This document shows positions 38,113 through 49,297 of a stretch of 64,000 bases of DNA, in pieces. Source of the stretch: Planctomycetota bacterium (GTDB lineage Bacteria > Planctomycetota > UBA1135 > UBA2386); the NCBI GenBank assembly GCA_046290465.1, contig JBKAGP010000001.1, positions 6,496,001-6,560,000 of the forward strand. The letters are read 5' to 3'. The notes under the pieces were generated by a model, which saw only the letters and a program-made list of their open reading frames with translations, was not told the origin of the DNA and ran no database searches. Position numbers and translations under genes: made by a program. Numbering within the stretch: the stretch's first letter is position 1; each line of letters starts with the position of its first letter.

Positions 38113-40797
38113 ATGTTCGACCGCTTCATCCGCCTGGCCAGGGCCAAGAAGGCCCTGCGAGAACAGCGCTACTTCGACGCCCTCCAACAGGCCTCGGACC
38201 CGCTGATCGAAGACGATCGGCGTTCCGAGGCCATCCGTGCCGAGGCGACGCAGCAGCTGATCCGGCGGGCGGAGGCCCGTCTCGAAGGCGGCGACGTCTC
38301 GACCGCGCTGGTCGAGGCGAAGCGCCTGCGCCAGGTCACCAGCGGCGAAGCCGTCGACGATCTGGTGCGGCGGTGCGACCGTGCCGGTGAGCAGCGGGAG
38401 CAGGCTTCGGCCGAGCGGCGCACGACCCGGGCCGAGTTCCGGCGGCTCGTCGACGCCGGCCAGCTCGCGAAGGCCGACGCGCTGCTGGCGACCCAGGCGG
38501 CCGGCGCCGACGGCCTCGCCGAGATGCACGAGCACCTGGCCCAGCGTCGTCGCCAGGCGACCGACCTGCTGGCGGCCGCCGTCAAGGAGGCCGAACGCGG
38601 CCACGGCATGGCCGGCCTCGAGACCTACCGGCAGGCGGTCGCGATCGACGACGCGCCGCTCGAAGCCGCCCGCGCGTCGGCCCTGCGCAAGCTCGCGCAA
38701 GGCTGCGTCGACGAGATCGAGGCCGCGGGCAAGGTCGCGCGCGCCGACGTCGACCAGCTGGTCGCGGCGCTGGCCGCCTTCGACAAGGCCTGCCGGCGCC
38801 TGCCCGGACTGCGCGACGAACGCGCCATGGCCGGGCTGCAGGCCCGCCTGGTCGAAGCCGTCGACCGCCACCTGAAGAAGCTCGACGCGTTCGCTCCGGC
38901 CGCGGCGCTCGGTCGCGCCGCCGCCGCGGCGGGCGTCGAACTCGGGGACGACGGGGACCGGGCCGTGGCTGCGCTGGTAGCCCTCGACGGCGACGGCAAG
39001 CCCGAATCCCGCGTCGCGGCGCTCGCACAGCTGGAGGACGCCGCGGGCCGCGCCGGCTACGGCAAGCTGGCGCGCAAGGCCCACGCGGGCCTCGCGGACA
39101 ACGCGGCGGGCGAGCACCAGCTGACCGCGGCGCGCGAACTGCTCGAAGCCGGCCAGCTCGATGCGGCCCGGCAGCGGTTCGTCGCGTTCCTCGACGAGCA
39201 CCCGATGCACGAGGGCGTGCGCAAGGAACTCGAACTGCTCGACGAGAGCATGGCCGACCTCGATCGCCGGCTCGCCGACGTGCGCATGGCGCTGCGTTCG
39301 GGCCGCCTGCGCGAGGCGTGCACGGCGGCGATGTCGCTGGTCGGCACCGAGCGCATCGCCGGCGAGGCGCAGCAGATCCTGGCCGAGGCGCGCAGCCGCA
39401 TGAAGCTCGTCGACAAGGGGCTCGACGAGGTGCGGGTGTCGCTGCACGGCCGCGCGGCGGCCACGACCGAGGGCGTGCGCCACTGCCTGAAGCGGCTCGA
39501 AGAACTGCAGAAGGTGCAGGTCGACCACGTCGAGCTGCCGAAGCTGATCGCCGCGGTGCAGGCCGAGATCGACGCGCTGGAGCAGTGCGAGACGGCCGCC
39601 AGGGCGCTTGAGAACGGCAACCTGGACGCGGTCGCCAAGGCGGTCCCCGAACTGGTCGCCGTGCGCGGGGAGCTGCTCGGCGTCGAACGCATCGACGCCA
39701 AGCTATGCCTGATCGGCGACGGCATCCTGCAGCACGGCGAACGCGCGCTCGGCGACGGCCGGCTGGCCCAGGTGCAGCGCTGCGGCGGCCTGCTGCGGCA
39801 GCTCGAAGCGGTGCGCGCGGACTTCGTCAGCCGTGCCGACGCGTGGCGCAGCCAGCACGACGAGCGCGAAGCGCGCGTCGCCGAGTTGCTGCAGCAGGCC
39901 AAGGCGGCGCTCAAGGAGCGCGACCTCGCCGAGGCCGAGCGCTGCGTCGAGCAGGCGCGGCAGCAGTGGCGGGAGTCGGCCGAGGCGCAGGCCTTTGCCC
40001 ACCAGCTCAGCAAGCTGCGCAAGCAGACCCACACCCTCGAACAGGTGGCCGCGATGACGGAGGAGAAGGACTTCCTCGGTGCGCACCAGAAGCTCGCCGC
40101 GATGCCGAACGTGCCCCCGATGCTGCGCACCCGCGTGTTCGACATGAAGCAGGACCTCGCCAAGGCCCAGGGCCTGGAGGGGGCGTTCCTGCTGCGCGTC
40201 GACGAGGGCGGCGAACAGCTGGTGATGCGCGGGGAGAGCGTCTCGGTCGGCAACGTCCGCCAGGGCAGCGCCGACCTGCCGGTGCTGGCCAACCTGGCCG
40301 GTCGCCACGCCTCGATCCGTCGCAGCATGTCGTTCCACGGCGGCATGGAGGACACCGTGGTCGCCGAGCAGGGCGAGGTGCACATCGGCCGTCGCAAGGT
40401 CGACAAGCACGTGCTGAAGTCCGGCGACCTGGTGCGCTTCGGGCCGGCCCTCGGCGCGGTCTACCAGCGCCCGACCTCGCGGTCGCTGACCAGCAAGCTG
40501 ACCCTGCAGAGCGGCTTCCAGGTGGCCGGCACCGACCGGGTGCTGCTGATGAAGGACCGCGGCCGCGACGGCCGCATCCTGATCGGCCCCGGGCGCGACG
40601 TGCACGTGACCGTGTCGCGGGCGACCGGCGAGGTCGAGCTGTTTGCGAACAACAGCGGCCAGATGCGGATCTACTGCGAGGCCGGCGGTTCGATCGACGG
40701 CACCGTGTTCAAGGGCGAGCACCCGGTTGCGGCCGGGCAGATCGTCGAGGCCTGCGGCATCACGTTCCTGCTGTTGCCCTGGCAGCCGGTTCCGTAG
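38113..40797 (+). CDS. Large helical-repeat protein with C-terminal FHA-like beta domains
   Basis: TPR-like helices, then SVGN...LAGRHASI...LKSGDLVRFG and ILIGPG...HV. Confidence 0.75.
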   Translation: MFDRFIRLARAKKALREQRYFDALQQASDPLIEDDRRSEAIRAEATQQLIRRAEARLEGGDVSTALVEAKRLRQVTSGEAVDDLVRRCDRAGEQREQASAERRTTRAEFRRLVDAGQLAKADALLATQAAGADGLAEMHEHLAQRRRQATDLLAAAVKEAERGHGMAGLETYRQAVAIDDAPLEAARASALRKLAQGCVDEIEAAGKVARADVDQLVAALAAFDKACRRLPGLRDERAMAGLQARLVEAVDRHLKKLDAFAPAAALGRAAAAAGVELGDDGDRAVAALVALDGDGKPESRVAALAQLEDAAGRAGYGKLARKAHAGLADNAAGEHQLTAARELLEAGQLDAARQRFVAFLDEHPMHEGVRKELELLDESMADLDRRLADVRMALRSGRLREACTAAMSLVGTERIAGEAQQILAEARSRMKLVDKGLDEVRVSLHGRAAATTEGVRHCLKRLEELQKVQVDHVELPKLIAAVQAEIDALEQCETAARALENGNLDAVAKAVPELVAVRGELLGVERIDAKLCLIGDGILQHGERALGDGRLAQVQRCGGLLRQLEAVRADFVSRADAWRSQHDEREARVAELLQQAKAALKERDLAEAERCVEQARQQWRESAEAQAFAHQLSKLRKQTHTLEQVAAMTEEKDFLGAHQKLAAMPNVPPMLRTRVFDMKQDLAKAQGLEGAFLLRVDEGGEQLVMRGESVSVGNVRQGSADLPVLANLAGRHASIRRSMSFHGGMEDTVVAEQGEVHIGRRKVDKHVLKSGDLVRFGPALGAVYQRPTSRSLTSKLTLQSGFQVAGTDRVLLMKDRGRDGRILIGPGRDVHVTVSRATGEVELFANNSGQMRIYCEAGGSIDGTVFKGEHPVAAGQIVEACGITFLLLPWQPVP

Positions 40798-40904
40798 CTG
40801 CCGTTCGCTGGCCGAAGGCTCCGTCGCGGCCGGTCTGGGCCGTTGTCCGCAGGCGCTCGCGACGGTCGCACACCCCCCGGGAGATCCTCCCACAGCAAAT
40901 CCGG

Positions 40905-40927
40905 AATAGTCGCGCTTCGGGCCCGAA
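40905..40927 (+). promoter_or_regulatory. Putative ECF promoter AATAGTCG-N11-CGAA
   Basis: Repeated motif upstream of AAGGAGG RBS and ATG 40953. Confidence 0.55.
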
Positions 40928-40952
40928 ACCCCGCCCGTCCAAGGAGGTGCCC

Positions 40953-41537
40953 ATGCTCGCTTTGCTGTTGTCGACCTGCATCGTCTGCCCCGCTGCCCAA
41001 CAGGAGCCCCAGTTCTCCATGGCGGCGGCCGTTGCGGTGCGCGGCGACACCGAGTTGAGTCCGGCCCAGGCCCTCGCCTCGGCCGAGGCCCGCGTCGACG
41101 AGCACGTGCGCACCGTCTGGAAGGAGCGCGCCGAACGGGCCGCCGAACGCTACCGCCCGTTCTGGATGCCGGCGATGCTGACCGACACCGCGCTCGAGCG
41201 CTGGCTCGCCGACCTGCCGGTCAAACGGCTGGTCGCGCGGGTCGACCGCGAGGACAAGGAGCGCGTGCACGAGTTCGGCAACAGCTACCAGACCACGCTG
41301 TGGATCGCCGAGAAGCCGGCCCTGGTCGAGCGCGGCGAGCGGCGCCTGCGCGCCGAACTGCACCGCCTCGAGCGGACCACGGCGGTCAAGGCCGGCGGCG
41401 TCGCCGCGGGCTGGGTCGTGCTGGCCCTGTTGCTGGCATGGCTCGATCGCCTCTCCCGCGGCTACATGACCGGCCGCCTGCGCGCCATCGGCCTGCTCGG
41501 CGGCGTCCTGGTGCCCGCAGCCCTGTTCCTGGTGTAG
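40953..41537 (+). CDS. Exported protein with two C-terminal TM helices
   Basis: Strong RBS, signal peptide, LDRLSRGYMTGRLR between the TMs. Confidence 0.75.
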   Translation: MLALLLSTCIVCPAAQQEPQFSMAAAVAVRGDTELSPAQALASAEARVDEHVRTVWKERAERAAERYRPFWMPAMLTDTALERWLADLPVKRLVARVDREDKERVHEFGNSYQTTLWIAEKPALVERGERRLRAELHRLERTTAVKAGGVAAGWVVLALLLAWLDRLSRGYMTGRLRAIGLLGGVLVPAALFLV

Positions 41538-41543
41538 CATCGC

Positions 41544-42920
41544 ATGCAACCCATGGAGGCCCCTCGCATCGACTCCGAGTCCAAGAGCCCCGTCATCCGG
41601 GTGGACTGGGAGGCGTTCTATCGGAACTACCGCAAGCCCGGCTACCTGTCGGGCTTCGAGATCGTCAACAAGCTCGGCGGCGGCATGTTCGGCCTCGTCT
41701 TCAAGGCGAGGAAGGAGTCGATCGGCAAGGACTACGCCGTCAAGTTCTTGAAGGTCGACGACGACACCGTGCGCGACGCGGTGATGCGCGAGATCGACAA
41801 CGTCGGCTTCTTCGCGCAGATCGACCACCCGAACCTCGTGTCGATCGAGGACAAGGGCACGATCGACGGCATCCCGTACCTCGTCATGAGCTACGCCGGC
41901 GAGGACACGCTGCAGAAGCGCCTGCAGGCGGGGGACCTCGATCGCGAAGGCGCGCTGCACGTGTTCGTGCAGGCCGCGCGCGGCGTGCAGGCGCTGCACG
42001 ACCACTCGCTGGTGCACTTCGACCTGAAGCCGGCCAACATCTTCCTCAAGGGCGACGTCGCCCGCGTCGGCGACTACGGCCTCAGCAAGCTGGTCTCGGC
42101 GTCGCGCAACTCGCTCAGCTTCGGCCGCGGCACGCCCTACTACATGGCGCCCGAGATGCTGCAGCGCCGCGGCGATGCGCGCAGCGACGTCTACTCGCTC
42201 GGCATCATCCTATACGAATGCCTCTACGGCGAGGTGCCGTTCCGCGGCGACTCCGAGTGGGAGGTGCTGCGCAAGCACGAGACCGCGCCGGTGGCGTTTC
42301 CGCCGACCGCGCTGCGTGAGGATCGCGAAGTGATCCTGCGCTGCCTGCAGAAGCGTCCCGAGGACCGCTTCCAGTCGGCGGCCGACCTGCTGCGCGCGCT
42401 GTCCGCGCCGGTCGCGCTCGGCGAGAGCATGATGATCGGCGCCGACATGGTGCCGCCGCCGATGGAGCCGGTGCCGTTGGAGTCCGCGCAGTTGGAGCCG
42501 CTGCCGGCCGTGGCGCCGCCGCCGTTGCCGATCGTCGACGAGCCCGCGGCGCCGCCCCCGATCCCCGGGGCCGATGCGATTCCGCAACCGAGCCAGGCGC
42601 CGCTGCCCAACCCGGTCGACGGTCCCGCCGGGGCCGAGAGTCCGCGCGGCATGCCGTGGCAGCAGGAAGAGGTCGAACGTCCGCGCGGGGTCGTCGCGTT
42701 CTTCGTGCGCGCGATGTTCGCGCTGATCGACGCGGCGGTGCGCCTCGCGATGCTGCCGGTGCGCGCCGTCAGCGCGTTCGCCAGCCACGGGGTCGTCTGG
42801 CTGTTGCGGCTGCCGTTCCGCCTGTTCGGCTTCCTGGTGCAGGTGGTCGGCATGGTGCTGGTCGTCGCGATCATCGTGCTGATCATCGTGACGCTGTTCT
42901 CGCTGCTGGCTGCCGCCTGA
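41544..42920 (+). CDS. Ser/Thr protein kinase with Pro-rich linker and C-terminal membrane anchor
   Basis: GGGMFGLV, AVK, HFDLKPAN, DYG, GTPYYMAPE, DVYSLG. Confidence 0.95.
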   Translation: MQPMEAPRIDSESKSPVIRVDWEAFYRNYRKPGYLSGFEIVNKLGGGMFGLVFKARKESIGKDYAVKFLKVDDDTVRDAVMREIDNVGFFAQIDHPNLVSIEDKGTIDGIPYLVMSYAGEDTLQKRLQAGDLDREGALHVFVQAARGVQALHDHSLVHFDLKPANIFLKGDVARVGDYGLSKLVSASRNSLSFGRGTPYYMAPEMLQRRGDARSDVYSLGIILYECLYGEVPFRGDSEWEVLRKHETAPVAFPPTALREDREVILRCLQKRPEDRFQSAADLLRALSAPVALGESMMIGADMVPPPMEPVPLESAQLEPLPAVAPPPLPIVDEPAAPPPIPGADAIPQPSQAPLPNPVDGPAGAESPRGMPWQQEEVERPRGVVAFFVRAMFALIDAAVRLAMLPVRAVSAFASHGVVWLLRLPFRLFGFLVQVVGMVLVVAIIVLIIVTLFSLLAAA

Positions 42921-42971
42921 CGGGCATCGGACGGGCAGCGGGCGCGCCGGCCTGCTATGATGGTCGCGCCA

Positions 42972-43625
42972 ATGACCGAAACACTGCACGACATCGGCAC
43001 GCTCCAGGCAATGGACGAGGCCGCCTGGGCCGGCCTGCAGGAGGACTACTACCGGCGCATCTACTTCTACGTGAAGCGCTACGTAGGCGACCACCAGACG
43101 GCCGAGGACCTGACCCAGGACGTGTTCCTCGGCGCGGTGCGCGGCATCGCCGGGTTCGATCCGATCTACACGCTCGACCAGTTCCTGTTCGGGATCGCGA
43201 AGAACCGCGTCATCGACCACTACCGCAAGCACAAGCTGACGCTGATCCCGTCGAAGGCGGACGGCGACAGCGACAAGAGCCAGGTGTGGCTCGAGAACCT
43301 CGCGCCGGACACCTCGCCGTTGCCGAAGGAGCGGGTGGTCAAGGCCGAGGACGAAGGTCGCCAACGGCAGATCCTGGCGCAGATCCTGAAGGAGCACGTC
43401 GGCGAACTGTGGTCGGCCGGCGAGTTCCAGAAGCTGATGGTGCTCGAGTTCCTGTTCGTGATGGGCGGGCGCAACAAGGACGCCGCGGCGCGCTTCGGCA
43501 TCGCCGACGAGAAGTCCGTCGCCGGCATCAAGTTCCGGGCGGTCGAGCGCCTGCGCGGCATGGCTCGTCAGCGCGATCCGAACCACTCCCTGTTCATCGG
43601 ACTCTGGCAACCGGGGGCGCGATGA
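42972..43625 (+). CDS. ECF RNA polymerase sigma factor
   Basis: AWAGL...AEDLTQDVF...LFGIAKNRVIDHYRK, followed by a region-4-like HTH. Confidence 0.88.
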   Translation: MTETLHDIGTLQAMDEAAWAGLQEDYYRRIYFYVKRYVGDHQTAEDLTQDVFLGAVRGIAGFDPIYTLDQFLFGIAKNRVIDHYRKHKLTLIPSKADGDSDKSQVWLENLAPDTSPLPKERVVKAEDEGRQRQILAQILKEHVGELWSAGEFQKLMVLEFLFVMGGRNKDAAARFGIADEKSVAGIKFRAVERLRGMARQRDPNHSLFIGLWQPGAR

Positions 43626-43951
43626 GCGGCACCGAAGACAACCAGCAGCCGAGCGACGAGCAGAACGAGCTCGACGCCAAGCTGTCGTTCACGGTCGCGT
43701 CCGTCTGGCGCGCCGAGCGGATCTCGTGCCCGCACCCGCACGTGCTGCAGAGCTTCCTGCAGGGCAGCCTCGACGGCGGCGCCCGCGACTTCGTCGAGTT
43801 CCACCTGCAGGACAGCGAGTGTCCGTACTGCAACGCGACGATCGACGACCTGAAGGCCCGCGACGACGAGGCCAAGCAGCCGGTGCTGACGGACATGAAG
43901 GACCGCCTGCTGCGCTCGACGGTCGCCGAACTCGGCAAGAGCAAGGGCTGA
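43622..43951 (+). CDS. Small Zn-binding (ZAS-like) anti-sigma candidate
   Basis: CP...HLQDSECPYC, coupled to the ECF by an ATGA overlap; soluble. Confidence 0.7.
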   Translation: MSGTEDNQQPSDEQNELDAKLSFTVASVWRAERISCPHPHVLQSFLQGSLDGGARDFVEFHLQDSECPYCNATIDDLKARDDEAKQPVLTDMKDRLLRSTVAELGKSKG

Positions 43952-44029
43952 GTCGCCGGGCGCCCGGGCGTGGTGCCCGAACCGGGGTGGCCAGGCACCC
44001 CGCGCCCGATTTTCCGGGAATGCGCGCCA

Positions 44030-44052
44030 AATAGTCGTCGGCCGGTCGCGAA
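44030..44052 (+). promoter_or_regulatory. Putative ECF promoter AATAGTCG-N11-CGAA
   Basis: Repeated motif upstream of AAAGGA RBS and ATG 44110. Confidence 0.55.
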
Positions 44053-44109
44053 GGCAGGACATCGGAGCCAGCGTGCTCCTGGCCTTCCTACCAAAAAGGA
44101 AACGACGAC

Positions 44110-44943
44110 ATGATTCGCAAGACCTTCAAGACGCTGCTGATCGGCAGCGTGGTGCTCGGTGGGGCAGGCTTCCTGTTCCTGGGCACGGACTTCCCCAGTT
44201 ACGTCAGCACGGTTGCCACCTCGGTGCGTGAGAACGTCGCCGGCCAGATCCCGGTCGAGATCGAGCTCCGCCGTGCTGAGGACCTGATCCGCCAGATCGA
44301 CCCGCAGATCGACACCTGCAAGCGAGACCTGGCCCGCGCCGAGGTCGAACTCGAAGACCTGCAGAACTCCGTCGTGCACCTCGAGAAGGTGGTCACGGCC
44401 GAGGAGAAGAAGCTCAAGATCGGCGCCGCGCTGCTGCGTGAGGAGACCGACACCGGTGTCCGCCTGGCCGCCGACTACGGCGCCCGCCGCCGCGTCAGCG
44501 CCGACCTCAGCCGCACCAAGGACAGCTACGTCAACAACATGGCGATCCTGAAGACCAAGCGCGCCCTGATCGAGCGTCAGACCCGCGCGGTGGGCGCCGC
44601 CAAGGACCGCCTGGCGGCGGTGCGCTACGAGCGCACGGCGCTGCAGGACCAGGTCCGGGCGCTCAAGACGCAGAAGATGCAGGTCGAGGCGATGGCCGCG
44701 TCCAGCAGCCGCTTCGATCTCGACAGCACCGCGCTGAGCCAGGCCAAGGAGGTCATCACCAAGGTCCGCAAGCGCCTCGACGTCGCCCAGCGCATGCTCG
44801 AGAACGACATGGCCTTCCAGGGTGACCCGGTCGGCGAGGTCGTCGACGAGCGCAACATGCTCAAGGAGATCGACGAGCTGTTCGACGAAGGGCAGCCGGC
44901 CGAGGCCGCGTCGCTGACGATCGAACTGCCGGTCACGCGCTGA
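44110..44943 (+). CDS. N-anchored long coiled-coil protein (PspA/IM30-like architecture)
   Basis: Hydrophobic N-terminus followed by continuous heptad helices. Confidence 0.7.
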   Translation: MIRKTFKTLLIGSVVLGGAGFLFLGTDFPSYVSTVATSVRENVAGQIPVEIELRRAEDLIRQIDPQIDTCKRDLARAEVELEDLQNSVVHLEKVVTAEEKKLKIGAALLREETDTGVRLAADYGARRRVSADLSRTKDSYVNNMAILKTKRALIERQTRAVGAAKDRLAAVRYERTALQDQVRALKTQKMQVEAMAASSSRFDLDSTALSQAKEVITKVRKRLDVAQRMLENDMAFQGDPVGEVVDERNMLKEIDELFDEGQPAEAASLTIELPVTR

Positions 44944-44974
44944 TCGCGCGCCCGAAGCAGAGCCACCGCCCCCA

Positions 44975-45024
44975 GAACGAGCAAGGCCCGCAGCATCCCC
45001 GGATGCTGCGGGCCTTGCTCGTTC
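44975..45024 (+). terminator. 24-bp perfect inverted repeat
   Basis: GAACGAGCAAGGCCCGCAGCATCC-cc-GGATGCTGCGGGCCTTGCTCGTTC. Confidence 0.7.
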
Positions 45025-45191
45025 GGTCGTGGGGGAGCGGTGGCGACCGGCGCCCCTTGCCGTCCAAGTCGCTGTCGGGGCGGTCCCTACACCGGTCCAC
45101 GTCGGCCGCTCCGAGCCTGGCGCCGGCGAATCTGGTGGATGCGCATTCGACTCCGCGCGCGGCCGTCGCTACCGTCTTTGCCCCCGAAGCC

Positions 45192-46352
<1,161 letters not shown>

Positions 46353-46381
46353 ACCACGAGATACCCAAAGGAGCACAACCC

Positions 46382-47263
46382 ATGAGCGTTCTCGTCAACG
46401 GCGAAACCAAGATCCTCTGCCAGGGCTTCACCGGCTCGGCAGGCCTCTTCCACAGCAAGAACTCGCTGGCCTACGGCACCAAGCTGGTTGCCGGCGTGAC
46501 CCCCGGCAAGGGCGGCCAGACCATCGAAGGCGTGCCGGTGTTCGACACCGTCGCCGAGGCCAAGGAGGCCACCGGCGCCACGGTCTCGATGATCTACGTG
46601 CCGGCCCCGTTCACCGCCGACGCGATCTGCGAGTCGGTCGACGCCGGCATGGACCTCGCGGTCACCATCACCGAGGGCGTGCCGGTCGCCGACATGGCGT
46701 TCGTCAAGGAGTTCGCCAAGGGCAGCGACACGCTGCTGCTCGGCCCGAACTGCCCCGGCATCATCACGCCGGAGACCGACGACAGCGGCTGCAAGATCGG
46801 CATCATGCCGGCCTACATCCACAAGCCGGGCAAGGTCGGCATCGTGTCCCGCTCGGGCACGCTGACCTACGAGGCCGTGTGGCAGGTCACCAGCAACGGC
46901 ATGGGCCAGTCGACCTGCATCGGCATCGGCGGCGACCCGATCAAGGGCCTCGACTTCATCGAGTGCCTCAAGCTGTTCCAGGACGACGCAGGCACCGACG
47001 GCATCATCATGATCGGTGAGATCGGCGGCACCGCCGAAGAAGAGGCCTGCGAGTTCCTCAAGGACTACGTCAAGAAGCCGGTCGTCGGCTTCATCGCCGG
47101 CGCGACCGCGCCTCCCGGCAAGCGCATGGGCCACGCCGGCGCGATCATCAGCGGCGGCAAGGGCACCGCGGCCGACAAGAAGGCGGCGATGAAGGCCGCG
47201 GGCGTGCACGTCTGCGACACCCCGTCGGTGCTCGGCGAGACCATGAAGAAGGTGCTGGGCTAG
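46382..47263 (+). CDS. sucD: Succinyl-CoA synthetase alpha subunit
   Basis: [27 protein letters not shown]. Confidence 0.98.
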   Translation: MSVLVNGETKILCQGFTGSAGLFHSKNSLAYGTKLVAGVTPGKGGQTIEGVPVFDTVAEAKEATGATVSMIYVPAPFTADAICESVDAGMDLAVTITEGVPVADMAFVKEFAKGSDTLLLGPNCPGIITPETDDSGCKIGIMPAYIHKPGKVGIVSRSGTLTYEAVWQVTSNGMGQSTCIGIGGDPIKGLDFIECLKLFQDDAGTDGIIMIGEIGGTAEEEACEFLKDYVKKPVVGFIAGATAPPGKRMGHAGAIISGGKGTAADKKAAMKAAGVHVCDTPSVLGETMKKVLG

Positions 47264-47273
47264 GAACACCGCG

Positions 47274-47747
47274 GTGAACCAGAACGCAGCCAAGATCGAC
47301 AACTGGTTCCGCCAGGTCACGCCGCTGTTCCTGTTGGGACTGCTGGTGCTGGTCCTGGTCGAGCCGGTGTTGCCGTACGGCGACTGGCTGCGTCACCACC
47401 TCGGCGAGGACGTGGTCCTCAAGGCCGCGGTCGCGTTCCTGATCCTCTACGTGCTGTTGCTGTGGGGCGAGGCGCTGCGGCTGCAGGGCCTTCTGACCGG
47501 CTTGCTGCAGGCGTTCCAGACCTTCGACCGCGACCGCGCCGCGGAGGCCTCTGCGCCGCCGAGGGGCAAGGGCGCGAACAACCCCAAGGCGCGCATCGAG
47601 GCCGCGAAGCTGCTGATCGCGGCGATGCGGTCGGACGATGCGGCCATCGTCGAGACCAGCCACCACAACCTGGTGCGGCTGGTCGGCCAGGATCTCGGCA
47701 AGGACCCCGATCGCTGGCAGCAGTGGCTGGCGCAGCAGGAGACTTGA
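47274..47747 (+). CDS. Hypothetical 2-TM protein
   Basis: Two hydrophobic helices and a HEAT-like end (LVGQDLGKDPDRWQQW). Confidence 0.7.
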   Translation: MNQNAAKIDNWFRQVTPLFLLGLLVLVLVEPVLPYGDWLRHHLGEDVVLKAAVAFLILYVLLLWGEALRLQGLLTGLLQAFQTFDRDRAAEASAPPRGKGANNPKARIEAAKLLIAAMRSDDAAIVETSHHNLVRLVGQDLGKDPDRWQQWLAQQET

Positions 47748-47848
47748 TCCTGCGGCGGCCTCGGCGCAACTTGCCGAAAGTCGTCTGCGCCACTGGCGTT
47801 GGTCCACTTACGGCGCGATGATGTCGCGCCCTCAAAGGTAGCTCACGA

Positions 47849-48100
47849 ATGATCGCATTTGGCATCCCCGGTGGCTGGGAGTGGATCATCATCCTCGCGG
47901 TGGTGCTGGTTCTCTTCGGGCACAGAATCCCTGGCATGGCCCGCTCGCTCGGGTCGGGCATCACCGAGTTCAAGCGCGGTCTCAAGGATGGCGACGAGAA
48001 CGACAAGTCCGGCGCCGGCAAGGGCCAGTCGGGCGACCGCAAGGACCAGCCTGGCGACCAGCTCCGCCCGGACGGCGACCCCAAGGACGGTTCGGCGTAG
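47849..48100 (+). CDS. tatA: Twin-arginine translocase TatA/E
   Basis: GGWEWIIILAVVLVLFG...ARSLGSGITEFKRG. Confidence 0.92.
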   Translation: MIAFGIPGGWEWIIILAVVLVLFGHRIPGMARSLGSGITEFKRGLKDGDENDKSGAGKGQSGDRKDQPGDQLRPDGDPKDGSA

Positions 48101-49107
48101 TGACGCAGACCAAGCCGCTGCACGACGTCGTCTCGCTGGTGCAGGAGCCGCTCGATCGGCTCAACCGCGAGCTGCTCGAGGATCTCGCTCCCGGGCACCC
48201 CGAGATGCGTCCGCTGATCGAGCACGTCGGCGGCTTCCGCGGCAAGCAGCTGCGCCCGGTGCTGACGTTCTTGTCGGCGATGGCGATCCGGGGCGCCAAC
48301 CACAGCGGCGGCATCGGCACCGATGTCATCACGGTCGCCAAGGTGGTCGAACTGCTGCACACCGCGACGCTGGTGCACGACGACGTGCTCGACAGCGCCA
48401 GCGTGCGTCGGCGCATCGAGACGATCAACCACCTGAGCGGCGTCGAGACCGCGGTGCTGCTCGGCGACTACATCTACGCCAAGGCGTTCCACATGGCCGT
48501 GCAGCTGCCCGATCCGACGGCGGCGCGCTGGCTCGCGGAGACCGTGCGCGTCATCTGCCAGGGTGAGATCACGCAGATCCTGCACCGCTTCGACTACCAG
48601 TGGAGCGAGGCTCGCTACTTCACGGTGATCGCCGAGAAGACCGCCAGCCTGTATGCGGCGGCTTGCCGCCTCGGCGGCTGCTACAGCACCGAGGAGTCCG
48701 GCAGCACCAGCGAAGGCCGGCTGCGCGCGCTCGAGGAGTACGGCCTCGAGCTCGGCATCGCGTTCCAGATTGTCGACGACTGCCTCGACCTCGACGGTGA
48801 CGAAGCGGTGGTCGGCAAGTCGCTCGGCACCGATCTCAGCAAGGGCAAGATCACGCTGCCGATGCTCTACCTGCTGCGCTCCGAAGGCCAGGCAGAGCGC
48901 TTCCGCGAACTGCTCGGCACCACCGAGGCCGAGGGCCTGCGCCGCCTGCGCGCCGAGTTCCCGCTCGAGCACGCGATCGCCTACGCGATGGAGGAGGCGC
49001 AGCGACGGATCGCCAAGGCGCAGGCGTGCCTGTCGCAGCTGCCGCCCGGCCCGGCTCGGGACGCGCTGCACAGGCTCGCGGGCTTCGTGTTGACGCGCCG
49101 CGTCTGA
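48100..49107 (+). CDS. Long-chain trans-polyprenyl diphosphate synthase (IspB/HepT-like)
   Basis: GKQLRP, HDDVLD..RR, KTA, FQIVDDCLD. Confidence 0.93.
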   Translation: MTQTKPLHDVVSLVQEPLDRLNRELLEDLAPGHPEMRPLIEHVGGFRGKQLRPVLTFLSAMAIRGANHSGGIGTDVITVAKVVELLHTATLVHDDVLDSASVRRRIETINHLSGVETAVLLGDYIYAKAFHMAVQLPDPTAARWLAETVRVICQGEITQILHRFDYQWSEARYFTVIAEKTASLYAAACRLGGCYSTEESGSTSEGRLRALEEYGLELGIAFQIVDDCLDLDGDEAVVGKSLGTDLSKGKITLPMLYLLRSEGQAERFRELLGTTEAEGLRRLRAEFPLEHAIAYAMEEAQRRIAKAQACLSQLPPGPARDALHRLAGFVLTRRV

Positions 49108-49297
49108 GCGGTCGTTGGCGATGGCGCCGGTCCCGGATCGAAACCGGGACCGTCATCCGCTTGTCATCCGCCCGGAATCGGGCGATGGGGCTTCGGTCCG
49201 CAATTCGCAGCCCGCGCATCGGTTTCCGTTGCGGAGTTTCCCCTGGCGCTGGACAGTCGTGGTTGGCCAGCGCCGGTATCCTGGCTGCCTCGATCGC

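Noticed and set aside
17622..45024. Hairpins at 17622 and 44975 as a MITE/REP family
   Set aside because: Sequences are unrelated to each other, no target duplications were seen, and positions fit terminators.
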